The translations under genes and the position numbers were made by a program. The notes beneath the pieces are model-generated. The model was given only the letters and a program-made list of their open reading frames with translations, ran no database searches and was not told the DNA's origin. A stretch of DNA of 63,987 nucleotides, counting the filler, from Thraustochytrium aureum (Eukaryota): NCBI GenBank assembly GCA_012862495.1. It is 7 parts of 5 records of this genome, joined end to end, with 100 filler letters (N's around TTAATTAATTAA, not from the genome) between each part and the next. Parts side by side here need not be neighbours in the genome. Positions count along the whole stretch, not along the records: positions 1 to 22,074 come from BLSG01000109.1; 6 more parts are not named here. One strand, 5' to 3'. Every line of letters starts with the position of its first letter. Position 1 is the stretch's first letter. Below, in pieces: positions 1 to 10,798 of the stretch.

Positions 1-532
1 GGTCGAGTATGTCGTTGTTTACCTTGCTGCGCAGCCGGAGTCTGTCCGAGTCACTCGAGAGCAGCTCCACCTCCACGAGTCGCAGGTCGATGATGGCCAG
101 CGGCTTTTCGCGCCGCTTGATGCGGCCCTGGACCGACCGACCGCGCCTGCCGAAGAACGTGACGCGCCTCCGCAGCCGCTCGCCCAGCGTTTCCTGGATC
201 TTGTAGTACCGCAGGTACGACCCGCTCAGCTCAAAGTAGAGCGACTGGGCCTTGCGCAGCGTGCGGCCGCCCTTGACACTGTTCAGCTTGCGCATGATCC
301 CAATCTTTTCCACGTCCGCAGAGAACATGCTCGGCCGCATCCTGAAGCGCTTGTTCCTCCAGGCCGTGTTGCCTTCCGACTTGCTTGAGGCGCGCGACGC
401 GCTCTCTGCTGCTTCGTCGTCGTCCAGGCCAGTTCGATCGCCTTCGGCCATGTCGAGGTCGAAGATCTCGCCTTCCGCCACGCTTCCTGCGCCAGACGTC
501 CTTTGTCCAGCCGCCCCGGCGTTCGCCATCAT
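1..532 (-). CDS. PH-domain-containing protein, N-terminal part (runs off the window start)
   Basis: Not in the ORF track. Hand translation from ATG at 532 is open to the window edge: ...KIGIMRKLNSVKGGRTLRKAQSLYFELSGSYLRYYK...EKPLAIIDLRLVEV..., matching the PH-domain strand pattern (G-x-M-x-K...YF.L....L.YYK...P...IDL). Confidence 0.65.
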   Translation of the reverse strand, partial: MMANAGAAGQRTSGAGSVAEGEIFDLDMAEGDRTGLDDDEAAESASRASSKSEGNTAWRNKRFRMRPSMFSADVEKIGIMRKLNSVKGGRTLRKAQSLYFELSGSYLRYYKIQETLGERLRRRVTFFGRRGRSVQGRIKRREKPLAIIDLRLVEVELLSSDSDRLRLRSKVNNDILD

Positions 533-1317
533 CGTCTCATTCACCGTGAGCAGTCCTGGCCGCCCCTGTTCTCTCGCTCTGCCGCCGAGGTCAAGCGCGC
601 ACCTGCGGCGTGGCCCTCGAGAGCTCGAGGCAAGGTGTGTCGCCGCCGCCGACTTGGCCGATGCGCAGCGTCGTCGCTTGAAGGGCTCTGGCAAGGCGCC
701 GCCGCGACCAACCTGCGACCGCGAGGGCCGTCTGCGGCCTACCGTCGCGCTTGCCTTCCTGCGCAGCCCGCACACCGCCCTGCCTGCGCGACTGCCTGGC
801 TGCCTTTCCAGCCGCTGGTCAGGCCGTGTGCTCGCGCTCGTGGTAGGTAGAGTAGAGTGAGTACCTTTAGTTAGAAGGACATACTTTTCGTAGACGCCAA
901 GAGGCGCCCGCAATTGAATCTGCCGCTGACACTGGAGGTGCGCATAGAGGGCAATCGCTTGATTGCTCGGGCTGGCGCCTGGTTGGCTGATCACGATGTT
1001 GACGCGGCTGCGCGCCTGCCGGGCTCTTTGTTGGGGACGCACTCTTGTAGACTCCAGCGAGCAATTGTCTTTTGTTGCTCTTCTCCTCAACGCATGGGCC
1101 GCTCGCTGCATTCTGTCGCCAGTTCGGGCAACTCGGCTCGTCAGATCCAGCGAGGTGTCCTCGCGCTTGCTGAACAAGCTCGAGTCGCAGGCAAACCTAC
1201 CTACCGGTACAGGCAGGCGAGGCTCTTGTTCGTCCAACAGGACAAGGATGAGGTTCGAGGAGTTTCGAGCTCGTCGAGCGTCATAGTTACTACTACAAGC
1301 ACTGCCACCGAGACAGT

Positions 1318-2486
1318 TCAGGACGGGGGCGGGGCCGGCGCCGGCGCGCTGGACGCCTCCTCCTGCACTCGCCGCAAGAGGTGATCCCGCCAGTTGTCAA
1401 AGCTGAGGCGCGAAAAATCGTCGTGACGCTCCGCGATCGACTCCAAGTATGCTGCGAGCTCCAAAAGCTCCCGATCGCGCGCCGCTCGAGACCGCCGCCG
1501 CTTGTACGCCGAGCACCTCAGCCCGTTTTTGGGGTTGAGCGCAAAGTTTCGCGCGAGGTCGTCAATGTGCACTGTGTTGTGCGGTCCCCAGCGGCCTGGA
1601 AACCTCTTCCAAATGATGTCTAGCGCCTTGACCTCGTGGCTCTTCACCTCGCCCTTGTGCTCGCGCGTCACCTTAAACATGCAGGTCCTGTCCAGGGCAA
1701 AGCAGATCGAGTACGAAGGGTTTGAAATCATTCCCATTTCCGTGAGCTTGATCTCCACCCAGTGCCACTTGGTCTGGCTCCACACCACTAGGTCGTAGTG
1801 CTTGTAGCAGGCTGCGAGAAAGTCGTCCATGAAGGGGCGCTTGAGCTCGTCCATACTCGACGTGTGCCGGCTCGAAAAGTCGAGCAGCGTGTGGTCGAGA
1901 TCCAGCACGAGCAGCTTCTTCCCTTCGCGCGGCGGGTTCATTATGTTGATCGCGGTGGTTTCAACAGCGCGCGCCAGCGCCACCTGGGCTTCTGCAAATT
2001 GAATCTGCAGCGTGGCGTCCCAATCCAAGTCGTCCGCGACGGAAAGCCCGTTGGCCAAGGCGGCCTCGGCCTCGATCTCGTCGATCACGTCGTCGGGGGT
2101 GCCCATCATCTTGACCACCTGACCGTCCTTTGGCTTGAGCTGCGCCAGGGTGACTTCGTCCGGCAGAGTCGCCTTGCCCTGCAAACGCAGGCCAAAGATC
2201 TTCTGGTTGGCCGGCCGCACGCCCGTTTCCATTTCTGTGGCAGGTCACGTCAGCTCACGCCTCAGCCTTCGCCAACCCGCCCAAGCTCTCGAGCTCGAGC
2301 TCTCTGGAGTGCAAACTCACCGAGCAGGTTGCGCAGGTCCTCCACCGTTTCCTCCAGTTGCATCTGCACCACGAACGACTCGCTGCCCCACTTGACGCGG
2401 AGCTTGACCAGCTGCTTGGGCGCCGCGACAGCGACTTCGGCAACGTCAATTGCCGCTCCTGGCGTGGCCGCCGTGGCACGGTCCAT
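1318..2486 (-). CDS. UBLCP1: Ubiquitin-like domain-containing CTD phosphatase 1 (2 exons: 2486-2321, 2234-1318)
   Basis: N-terminal UBL (VKLRVKWGSE...TVEDLRNLLEMETGVRPANQKIFGL) plus FCP1/NIF HAD domain (REGKKLLVLDLDHTL, KRPFMDDFL, DDLARNFALNPKNGL). An 86-nt intron joins the two ORFs in frame. Confidence 0.92.
2235..2320 (-). other. Spliceosomal intron of UBLCP1
   Basis: GTGAGT donor, GCTGAC branch site, CACAG acceptor; removal gives CTC G|AA ATG in frame. Confidence 0.85.
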
Positions 2487-2782
2487 CTTTGCTCCAGTAG
2501 AGCGACGGCGCGGCCGCGAGCCCCGCGCGCCGGGCAACCTCGTTCTGCTCGGTCGGCTGCGTCCGCTGCAGGTCGCGCGCGCCAGGGATTGAGCAGGCTC
2601 GACAGGTACTCTCGAGAGTAGAGTAGCAGATCTGCCTCCTTCTTGCTTGCCCTGGACCCCACACCGGCAGGCCGCAGGGCCTCTCGCTGCAGCAAGCTAG
2701 CTAACGCAGCCGTCGCGTGGCGCGCCCGGGCGGCTCGGCCTCGCCAAGGCCGACCCGAGCGGGGCTTGGCGCTCGCGGGGAG

Positions 2783-5449
2783 ATGCGCATGCGAGCGGCG
2801 AGGGCCCTGGGACGCGCCAATGCGCGGGTCGTCCCGGTGCTCGTGGCCCTCCTGCTTGCGCTGGGGCTGGCGCGCGCAGAACGAAATGCGAGCGCAGGGA
2901 GCTGGGCCATCGTGCGCCCAGTCGCGCACCCGCATATCTCAGTCAAGTCGAGCGCCAGTGGCGCCACGCTCTCCAAGCGCGGCGGCGTGGTGAGGGCCAA
3001 GGTGGACAACGCCCAGTTCGCCGGCCAGCTCGAGTGGCGAGCGCGCCTGACGCCGTCGTGGCAAGCTGGACGAGGCACTACCGGCTTGGCCTCCGTCAGA
3101 ACGCTAATTCTGTCCGAGGACGAGGCGCTGTTCGTGTTTGGACCCACGGGGGACAGGGCCGAGCTGATGGGCGTCGACCTCGTCGGCTTTGACCCAGCCG
3201 ATCCAAGCTTCGGGCTTGCGCCGCCCTCAGCTGGAGCAGTCCGCATGGTGGACGAGTGCCTAAGCGTGGGGGCCGATACGGCCTTCGTCCTCGTCCTGGC
3301 TCTCCGGCAGAGCGCCTCGCCAAGCTGTCGCATCGCCGGCAGCTTTGTGGTTGACGGGACGCCTGTGCGAAACGTCTCGCTCTCCGGGTGCAGCGCCAAG
3401 GCGCCGCCAAGCACTATTGTAGCTGAGCTCGATGACGCGTTGAACCAAGCCGGCCTCGGAGAGGCCCTTCGCGTCGAGGCACTGGCAACCTCGAGCACAA
3501 CGTACCCCGATGACCTCATCGTTTGGATGTTTCCGGTGGTGCGGCAGGCAGGAGCGCTTGCGCGCCCGGACGCGGTTTCGGTGACAGCCTTGGCGCTCGC
3601 CCAGGTCCAAGAAACTGGGAACGGGAGTCTCGCCGAGCCGCTGCTGGCACAAGTTGGCATCAGCGGCGAAGACGACAAGTGGGCCTTCCGTTGCGGCCAG
3701 TGCCAACCGACAATGAGCTCTGCCACCTCACTGTTCTGCTTTCTGCACGACGGGGATTGGGTCGACAGCGAGGATCTGGGGCCAGAAGCGCGAGCACAGC
3801 TCGAGTCGATTGTGGACGGCGCAAACGGCGGCATTTGGCAGCGCCCCGGCATGGCCTGCATGAGCATGCTGCGAGGTGAAGGCTTGACTATGCACCCCAC
3901 GCTCAAGGACGTCCGCATCCTTGGCGTCAGCATTTTCGACTCGGCCTGGCTCTCCGCGCTCCAGCGAATCACGCAAGGAGCCAAGCAGGAGCTGCTTGGC
4001 GCTCTCGCCATCCAAGCGGCGAACGTCAAGACGCTGACGACCAGCAACATGGCGATCTGCGTTTTGTTCTGGTCTACGGAAAAGCCTCTCTGCTGGGGGG
4101 CCCGCGACCCGCTGAGCGACACCCTCACTAGCTTCCACCAAGCCAACCTCTCGGCCTTGCAGCTTGGGCCCGAAGCAACGCATGCGTGCGGGATATCGGC
4201 CAGGGAGGCGCTGTTTTGCTCCGGGAGCAACGTCTACCTCAAGGCGCAGCCTCCGGGCCGTGCAAACTCGCCGTCTGAGCCAATCGCAAAGTGCTACGAC
4301 CCGGGGGACTTTGGCCGCGGAACGCCAAAACCCAACCCGTTCACTTCGGTCGCCAGCAACGTCTGCGCTTTGTTGCAGGTCGCGTATGCCCAAGTGAGTG
4401 TGTCCCCCGAGCACAACTGTGCCGTCGGCTCTTCTCTCGGCGCGGTGACATGCTGGGGGCGCAATACGGAGCACAAGCTGGGGCCTTGCATGGAGCCTTC
4501 CGCGGACGAGGGGGGCGCGCAGCGCGGCTCGTTGCCCCCGTCTTGCGTCGAATTTGGCGGGCCAGCACGGGCAGTCCAAACAGGACTTGGCCACTCGTGC
4601 GCGCTCTGGCGCAACCACTCTGTCACTTGCTGGGGCCTTGACGACTTTGGCCAGGTATCTGGCGCGCCGCCAGCGTCGGAGCGCTTCGCTTCCCTCCAGG
4701 TTGGCTTGCACCACGCTTGCGCAATACGCGACTCGGACCGCTCCGTCGTGTGCTGGGGTGGTGACGTTGCCGGCGAGACCGCGGCGCCGAGTGTTGGCGG
4801 CTTTGTGGAGCTCTCGCTTGGCAGCCTGTTCTCCTGCGGCAAGCTCGCCGGTACCAGTGGCCTGACGCTTGTTTGCTGGGGAAATGTCGAGCCAGATGGC
4901 GTCGAGCTGGAGCCGTTCGGCCAGCCCGTAGAGGTGCAAGGCGAGCGCCGCAACGACCCTTCGACCAGGTTTTTCCAGCCCGTCCGTCTCGTGAGCGTCG
5001 GAGGCGTTCAAGTCGCGCCTTTCCAGTCCAACTGCGTTCAGAGCTCGGGGGCCGGGCACCGTTTCGTCGCTGCGAATGTCTCGACTCGCGTATTGCAGGC
5101 GGCGGCGCCTTCGCCACTCCTTAACTGCTCGGCCCAGTGGGGCGCGGACGCGGAGTGCCGCCTATTGCCGCAAGGACCGCTGCATCGGGCGCGTGAGAAC
5201 GGCACGTTGGACCTCGTTGGCTTTGACGGTACGTGGCTCGGGCTCCCGCACTATTCCTGCCCGGAGCCGAGCCGGCTGGAGTTGGAAGCGGGCGGCACGC
5301 GTGCGTACTGTGCCGACTTTGGTTTCGCGCACTACGCGCACGCGTACGTCGAGGCTTCGCGCGATCGGTACGACGCGTGGTTTTACGCCCTTGTGGCGGT
5401 CGCCTCGCTCATGGTCATGACTTGTGACAGCAAGATGGCGGACTCCTAG
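2783..5449 (+). CDS. Secreted or membrane protein with RCC1/BLIP-II-like repeats
   Basis: Signal-like N-terminus (VVPVLVALLLALGLARA), repeated G..H.CA.....V.CWG motifs (HSCALWRNHSVTCWG, HHACAIRDSDRSVVCWG), C-terminal hydrophobic helix. Start placed at first ATG, 2783. Confidence 0.75.
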   Translation: MRMRAARALGRANARVVPVLVALLLALGLARAERNASAGSWAIVRPVAHPHISVKSSASGATLSKRGGVVRAKVDNAQFAGQLEWRARLTPSWQAGRGTTGLASVRTLILSEDEALFVFGPTGDRAELMGVDLVGFDPADPSFGLAPPSAGAVRMVDECLSVGADTAFVLVLALRQSASPSCRIAGSFVVDGTPVRNVSLSGCSAKAPPSTIVAELDDALNQAGLGEALRVEALATSSTTYPDDLIVWMFPVVRQAGALARPDAVSVTALALAQVQETGNGSLAEPLLAQVGISGEDDKWAFRCGQCQPTMSSATSLFCFLHDGDWVDSEDLGPEARAQLESIVDGANGGIWQRPGMACMSMLRGEGLTMHPTLKDVRILGVSIFDSAWLSALQRITQGAKQELLGALAIQAANVKTLTTSNMAICVLFWSTEKPLCWGARDPLSDTLTSFHQANLSALQLGPEATHACGISAREALFCSGSNVYLKAQPPGRANSPSEPIAKCYDPGDFGRGTPKPNPFTSVASNVCALLQVAYAQVSVSPEHNCAVGSSLGAVTCWGRNTEHKLGPCMEPSADEGGAQRGSLPPSCVEFGGPARAVQTGLGHSCALWRNHSVTCWGLDDFGQVSGAPPASERFASLQVGLHHACAIRDSDRSVVCWGGDVAGETAAPSVGGFVELSLGSLFSCGKLAGTSGLTLVCWGNVEPDGVELEPFGQPVEVQGERRNDPSTRFFQPVRLVSVGGVQVAPFQSNCVQSSGAGHRFVAANVSTRVLQAAAPSPLLNCSAQWGADAECRLLPQGPLHRARENGTLDLVGFDGTWLGLPHYSCPEPSRLELEAGGTRAYCADFGFAHYAHAYVEASRDRYDAWFYALVAVASLMVMTCDSKMADS

Positions 5450-5571
5450 TTGAGGCAAAGCGACGCCGCGGCGGTCGCCAGCGCTCAAGCGCGCCCAACT
5501 GCAAGCGACTTATGATTCATGGACACTGTGACTTCGTTTTGGGGGTGGGGTGGGGGGGGATAAGTCGATGC

Positions 5572-6738
5572 TTAAAAGTGGATGGCCTCCACGAAAGGCA
5601 TGCCATACGGCTGCACGCCCATGGCAAGAGCCATCCGCGCAAGGCCCTCGGTCTCGATCTGGTGGTCAAAGACAAACGTTGGGAAGCAAAGCCCACGGCG
5701 GATGAGGTCGGCTTTAACCAGCAATATTGCTCCACCAACCCCGTCAAGCTTGACAAGCTCGCCCTGGTCGCGGAGCGCTGATAAGGACTTGCGGTACGTT
5801 TTGATGTTCGCGTAGCCTTCAAAGAGGACATCGCCAGGCTGAAGGCTCGGATAAACCTTGGATCGTGTCTCCTCTGTGTCTTGAAAGTTGTTGAGGTCGT
5901 AGCTCCGCGCGCCGCGCTCTTGGAACACTGTGTTCGCCGCCACCAATTCCTTGCCGGTGGCCCAGAACGCGCTGGATAACGTCGCTCGGGTAGTCGTGCA
6001 GGTCCGAGTCGATCCAGAGTACCCACTCCTCGTCTTGGAGGGCGGCCTGCTGCAGCATGTTGCGGACACTTGCCAACGCAGAGCGCCGCACCTTTTGCAG
6101 CCCGACGCCGTGCCTCGCGTTTGAACCTGCCATGGTTTTTGGCTCGACGCAATGGCTCCTGCCTTGACCAGCTTGGTCGTGCGAAAGTCAAGCGTCTCCA
6201 TCTGCTCGCGCGCCGCCGTGTAGGTATTGTCAGAGCTTCCCTCCTCCAGAATGCCCAGGCTAAGCTTTGAATGCGGGTAGCTCAGCTTGCGCAAGAGCCC
6301 AAAGTACCTGTCGAGGTTCGCTGCTGAGTTGCGCAGTGGCGTCAGGATGAGCACCTTGGGCTGCTCGCCGCTGGGGGCTTCAATCTTGTCCAGACGCACT
6401 TCCTGGAACACGCTGGGTGAACTGCCAAGCCCATTCGGGCGGCCTGGGCCAACCCGACTCTCTTGCGGCAGACCTTGCGCACTTTCGCTGAACTGCCCGT
6501 CCTCGCGCTCCTCGTTCCCGCGCTCGAGTAGGGAGCCGCGGAGCTGCGGCTGAGCGCCCTCGCTGCCACCACTGGCGCAGTCAAACGGCTGCCAGAGCTG
6601 CGCTCCAAGAAACCCTATCATGTACGCAACGACCATTAACGCCAACGTCCGCTGGGTGCGGCATTCGGCACACCTCGACGACGACGAGGACGAGGACGGA
6701 GGTCTATTCGTCGCCCTCTTGCTGCTGCCGCTTTCCAT
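5572..6738 (-). CDS. Anp1/Mnn9-family (GT62-like) type II membrane glycosyltransferase, with two compensating frame breaks (~6135, ~5960)
   Basis: N-terminal TM, PKVLILTPLRN, LSYPHSKLSLGIL, LDGVGGAILLVKADL, IETEGLARMA. The conserved middle (RH...QKVRRSALASVRN..., WVLWIDSD with a DxD motif) lies in the overlapping ORF 5819..6133. Confidence 0.85.
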   Translation of the reverse strand: MESGSSKRATNRPPSSSSSSSRCAECRTQRTLALMVVAYMIGFLGAQLWQPFDCASGGSEGAQPQLRGSLLERGNEEREDGQFSESAQGLPQESRVGPGRPNGLGSSPSVFQEVRLDKIEAPSGEQPKVLILTPLRNSAANLDRYFGLLRKLSYPHSKLSLGILEEGSSDNTYTAAREQMETLDFRTTKLVKAGAIASSQKPWQVQTRGTASGCKRCGALRWQVSATCCSRPPSKTRSGYSGSTRTCTTTRATLSSAFWATGKELVAANTVFQERGARSYDLNNFQDTEETRSKVYPSLQPGDVLFEGYANIKTYRKSLSALRDQGELVKLDGVGGAILLVKADLIRRGLCFPTFVFDHQIETEGLARMALAMGVQPYGMPFVEAIHF

Positions 6739-7590
6739 GCTGTGGCTGGCCGTGGTCAGCCACGCACATTGACGCAAAGCGTCGGCGGCCTTGCGCACGG
6801 CAGCGAACGGGACCGGCCGCGGTCGAGAGCGCTTTCCCGCCCTCTCGCGCGAGGGCCAGTTCGGGCTCCACGCGCGCGGATGGCATAAAGGGTTGGGCAA
6901 GGGCGAGCTGATCGCTTGTTCAAGGCTTGTGGTACTCGAGTACCTGCGGCCACGTTGTGGATGAAAGAAAGCGCAGGCCTGCGAGCGCCGTGGGGCCCCG
7001 GAGGAGTGCGCCGACGATGGCTATCGGTTGATCCATCTTTCACACGTGTTGTTTTGAAAGAAAGACTAGCTCGAGGCTGCCTCCTGTGACGCGGCACTGC
7101 TGCACGCGACAGTAGAAGCCACTCTCGCTTCAGCAAGTAGTCAGACGTCCCGGACTCGCCATTCTAGCCACCAAAAGTCTCAAAAGAAGAGCCTGATGGC
7201 AAATGATGGCCTTCCGATGTTGACACGAAACGCTCTGTGGCTGGGCAGGCTGAACACACTCTGGCTTTAGCAAGACGATAAGATCGATGTAAGCGCGGGG
7301 CAAACGTAGCCGAGTTCGGCCCGACAGCGCCGAAGCCAGACTCGCCATAGCTGTGACCCCGAAGACCGCGACATGGAGAATTACGTGCACCACCTGAAGC
7401 AGGTGATAGACTCGGAAGAACGCGAGATGGACAGCACACATGCGAAAGCGTAGCGCCTTCTGAAGCCCCAAGCCACCAAATCGTGCGCGAGTGCGTCGAG
7501 CGCGATGCCAGCTCGAACGGCCAAGATCGATCTGCCTTTTCCTCGGTCCAGCTGAGGCATGACGCATAGAGGAAGCTAGAGTTGCGGGCG

Positions 7591-8755
7591 TCAAGGCCCG
7601 CAACACCGCTCGGCGGAGGCCTCAATTAGTGTTTGCCGCAAATCGCCTTTACGTCCTCGGCAAGCCAAGCTGTCGCCACCCTCAAGCTCGCTGTGGCACT
7701 CTGGCGGGAGGCGCCGGTTGAGGCAGCAGTAGTCGATGGCAACGAGGCGACAGAGGCGCTGGAGGGCAAGCCGCGACGCCCGCGAGGCGTTGAAGCGCAG
7801 GGCCGCTGGGCGCGAGCGCTGAACCAGCAGCGGGCGGCTGAAGCCAAGCGCTTCATGCAAGTCGCCAAAGTGCTCCAAGAGCCGCTCCAAGCCCCACACT
7901 TGGTCAAAGCGCGGCATGCTCCCGTTCGGAAGCGCCATAAAGACAGTCTGTGGCACCAAGTGAACGTTGAAAAGCGCGGCGGCGGGGCTTTCGCTGATCA
8001 CATCAGCGAAAAGCTCGAGGTTGCGATAGAACAGCGCCTGGCCTTCTGAAGAGCCCATAAAGCTTCGTACGCTCTGTGCCTTGGAATCTCGCGTCGATCC
8101 CGGGACGCTGGCGTACAGAGTGTCACGAAACCCGTTCTGGAGAACGGGTGGCACCATCTCATAATCTTCCTTTTCAGAAACAACACGCAGATGCGCCTCA
8201 AGAAAGCCGCTCACGAGCCGGCCCAGCGGGTCGCGGGTCACAAGCACCTTGCGCACGTCGCCAGCTCGATACAGGGCTCCGCAAGGCTGGCCGAGCAACG
8301 CAGCAGAGTCCAGCCCGCCAGACTTTAGCGCCCAGCACATCTGCTGGGGGCACTCTTGAAAGCCGAGGTCGTGGCGGAGCACGTCGCTCACCGTCGTCGA
8401 GCCAGCCTTGGGCACGGTGCTGACCAGGAGCCGGAGTTGCTCGCTGTAGAAGCAGCGCAGCGAGGTCTGCATCAAGTGCTGCAGGCGCCGTCTCACCGCG
8501 TACCGCTTTGGGTCAACATAGCACCGCCGGAGGACCTCCGCGCCGTCCTCGCCGAGCGACCCAGCTTGAAAGGTCGCCGAGCCGCTCAAGCCGAGGCTGC
8601 CTGGCACCTCCAACCTCGAGGGCCCGATCGCACTCGGTCGACGCAGCCCGGCCCGCGTCGCATAGCGCAGCAGCAGCGCGCTCAGCAGCACCGAGGCGAG
8701 CAGCAGGAGCAGGAGCGCCGCAGCGGCTGTGGCGCTCCTGCCGCGCCGGCCCCAT
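7591..8755 (-). CDS. Carbohydrate sulfotransferase (Sulfotransfer_2-like), type II membrane protein
   Basis: PAPS-binding motifs VPKAGSTT and TRDPLGRLVSGF, plus NVHLVPQ. The N-terminal TM (AALLLLLLASVLLSALLL) connects to the ATG at 8755 if one G of a G run is removed. Confidence 0.8.
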
Positions 8756-8885
8756 TCCTGCCTCCAGAATCAGATCTGGCCGACCTCGCTTCCCCCCCAC
8801 TCCTCCTCCTCCGCGAGCGCGCGCCAGGACTCGCCGCCCGCGAGCGCGACTCTGGCCTCCCGCGCTCGCCGTGCGCCGGCGCGCC

Positions 8886-10181
8886 ATGGACATCGTGGAC
8901 GAACCGGCGAGCGGCATCGTGGACGAGACGGCCGCCATGGACGAGATGGCCGCCGCCATGCACGCCACGGCAGCAACAGAGCCTCCTCGCGCGGCGGCGG
9001 CGGCGGCGGCGGCGCCGAGGGACGCGCAGTCTTCGGCGACGTTGGAGGATGGCGGCCTTTACCACGGCGCTGTGGATGGGCACGGACGGCCGCACGGGAA
9101 GGGCAAGGTGTCGTGGACGCGAGTGGCCCACCTCGTGAGGTGCGGCGGGGTCGAGCGCCGCGTCGAATGGGCCGCTGGCGTGTGGGCCGCCGGCAAGCTG
9201 CGCGGGCCGGGCGTGATGGTCTTTGCCGACGGCGCTTGGTTTCAGGGCGAGCTGGCGGACGGGCGGCCCAGGACGGGCACTGTGCATGAAAGCAACGGCG
9301 CGGTCGCCTCGGGCGACCTCGCGGGCGACAAGGGGTTTGTGGTCCATGAACTGCCAAATGGAGACGCTTTTGCTGGCGAGCGCGTGGCCGCTGGCGAGCA
9401 GACGCGGCGCGGCGTGTACACTTGGCCGAATGGGGATGTGTTCGAAGGCGTTTTGCACAAAGCGGTCGACGCCGTTGGAGCGGGCGTGAAGCAGACCAAG
9501 GGCGCGCGGTTCACGGGGGAGCTCTCGCACGAGTCGCTGCACAAGGGCCTGCTGCAGTTCTTCCAGGTTCGCGGGGGCGGGGCCGGGAACGACTCATACC
9601 GCGGCGGGTTCAAGGAGAACCTGTTCCACGGCCCCGGCACGTACCAGTTCGCCAACGACGACTATGTGCACGGAACATTTTCGGAAGGTGTCCTGCAAGG
9701 CGAGGGTGAGTTTCACGCCGTGTCTGGCGTTCACTTTCGAGGCGAGTGGGAGCAGGACCGCATGCGCAGCGGGATGCTGTCCTGGGAGCGCGCGGGCGAA
9801 TCCTATCGCGGCCCCTTTGACGAGAATGGCAACCCTGGCCCCTTCGGCCGCAAGACCTTCAAAGACGGCTCGTGGTGGGAAGGGCCGCTCGAGGACGGCA
9901 AGCCGCATGGCGAGGGCGTGTTTGAGTACGGTCCGAGCCATCCTACGCTCGCTGGCACGCGGTTCAAGGTCGAGTACGTCAACGGTGTTCTGGTGGAGGA
10001 TACAGCGCGCCCAAGGGGATTGGGCGATTCCCTGGACACCGCGACGCCGACGGAACGAGCACTGGAGGCTCCCGAGCCGCCAGCAACAGCAAGCCCCGCG
10101 CTTGGCAGCGCCGACCCGCTTGCCGCACCTGGTCGCGAGGGCAGCACCGCCGCGCCGCCAGCACCCACCTCAAATACTTAG
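8886..10181 (+). CDS. MORN repeat protein
   Basis: Multiple Y/F-x-G-x-(F/W)...HG.G motifs (YHGAVDGHGRPHGKG, YRGGFKENLFHGPGTYQFANDDY, WEGPLEDGKPHGEG). ATG at 8886. Confidence 0.85.
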   Translation: MDIVDEPASGIVDETAAMDEMAAAMHATAATEPPRAAAAAAAAPRDAQSSATLEDGGLYHGAVDGHGRPHGKGKVSWTRVAHLVRCGGVERRVEWAAGVWAAGKLRGPGVMVFADGAWFQGELADGRPRTGTVHESNGAVASGDLAGDKGFVVHELPNGDAFAGERVAAGEQTRRGVYTWPNGDVFEGVLHKAVDAVGAGVKQTKGARFTGELSHESLHKGLLQFFQVRGGGAGNDSYRGGFKENLFHGPGTYQFANDDYVHGTFSEGVLQGEGEFHAVSGVHFRGEWEQDRMRSGMLSWERAGESYRGPFDENGNPGPFGRKTFKDGSWWEGPLEDGKPHGEGVFEYGPSHPTLAGTRFKVEYVNGVLVEDTARPRGLGDSLDTATPTERALEAPEPPATASPALGSADPLAAPGREGSTAAPPAPTSNT

Positions 10182-10798
10182 CCCTAAACACCGCCCAAGA
10201 CGAGCTTCCGCACCCGCCGCTGCGGAGCATGCTCCTGCTCTTACAGACAGATGCCTGCCAGCGCGGGCGGGCGCTTGGGCTGTTCGGCTGTCGATCCCGG
10301 TCCCGCCAGCCAGCCAGCCAGCCAGCCCAGCCCAGCCCGGCCCGCAGAAACCTCGTGCGCAGTGGACCTCGGAGGTGCCTGGCAGCCCCCTCAGCTCCCG
10401 CCAGGCGCCCTGCGCAGAGCGCCTGCGCCGAGTACGCTGCGTCCGCGTCCTGCGACGGCCGCCATCCCATCGAGCCAAGCCCGGAAAGGCTCGCGACGAA
10501 CTTTCGCCAAACTCCACCGCCCCGACCAACCGACGAACGCGCGGCAAGACGCAGGCGGCCGCGGAGGCGCGCGCTCTCGATCGCGTCGCGCGAAGTAGGC
10601 GCGTGCGCTGCCGGCGCGCTCGCTGGCCGGCCGGCCATCTGCGCTCATTGGCGGCTGGGGTCGAGCTCGGAGCAGGTCGGCCATCCCCGCCGCCGCCCGC
10701 CCTGGCGCGCAGAGCTCACTGGGCGCCCACAAGGCTTGCGGCTTGCTGCGTAGAGCGCCTGCCTGCGGCTGGGAACGCGCGGGCCGAGGCCACGCGGA

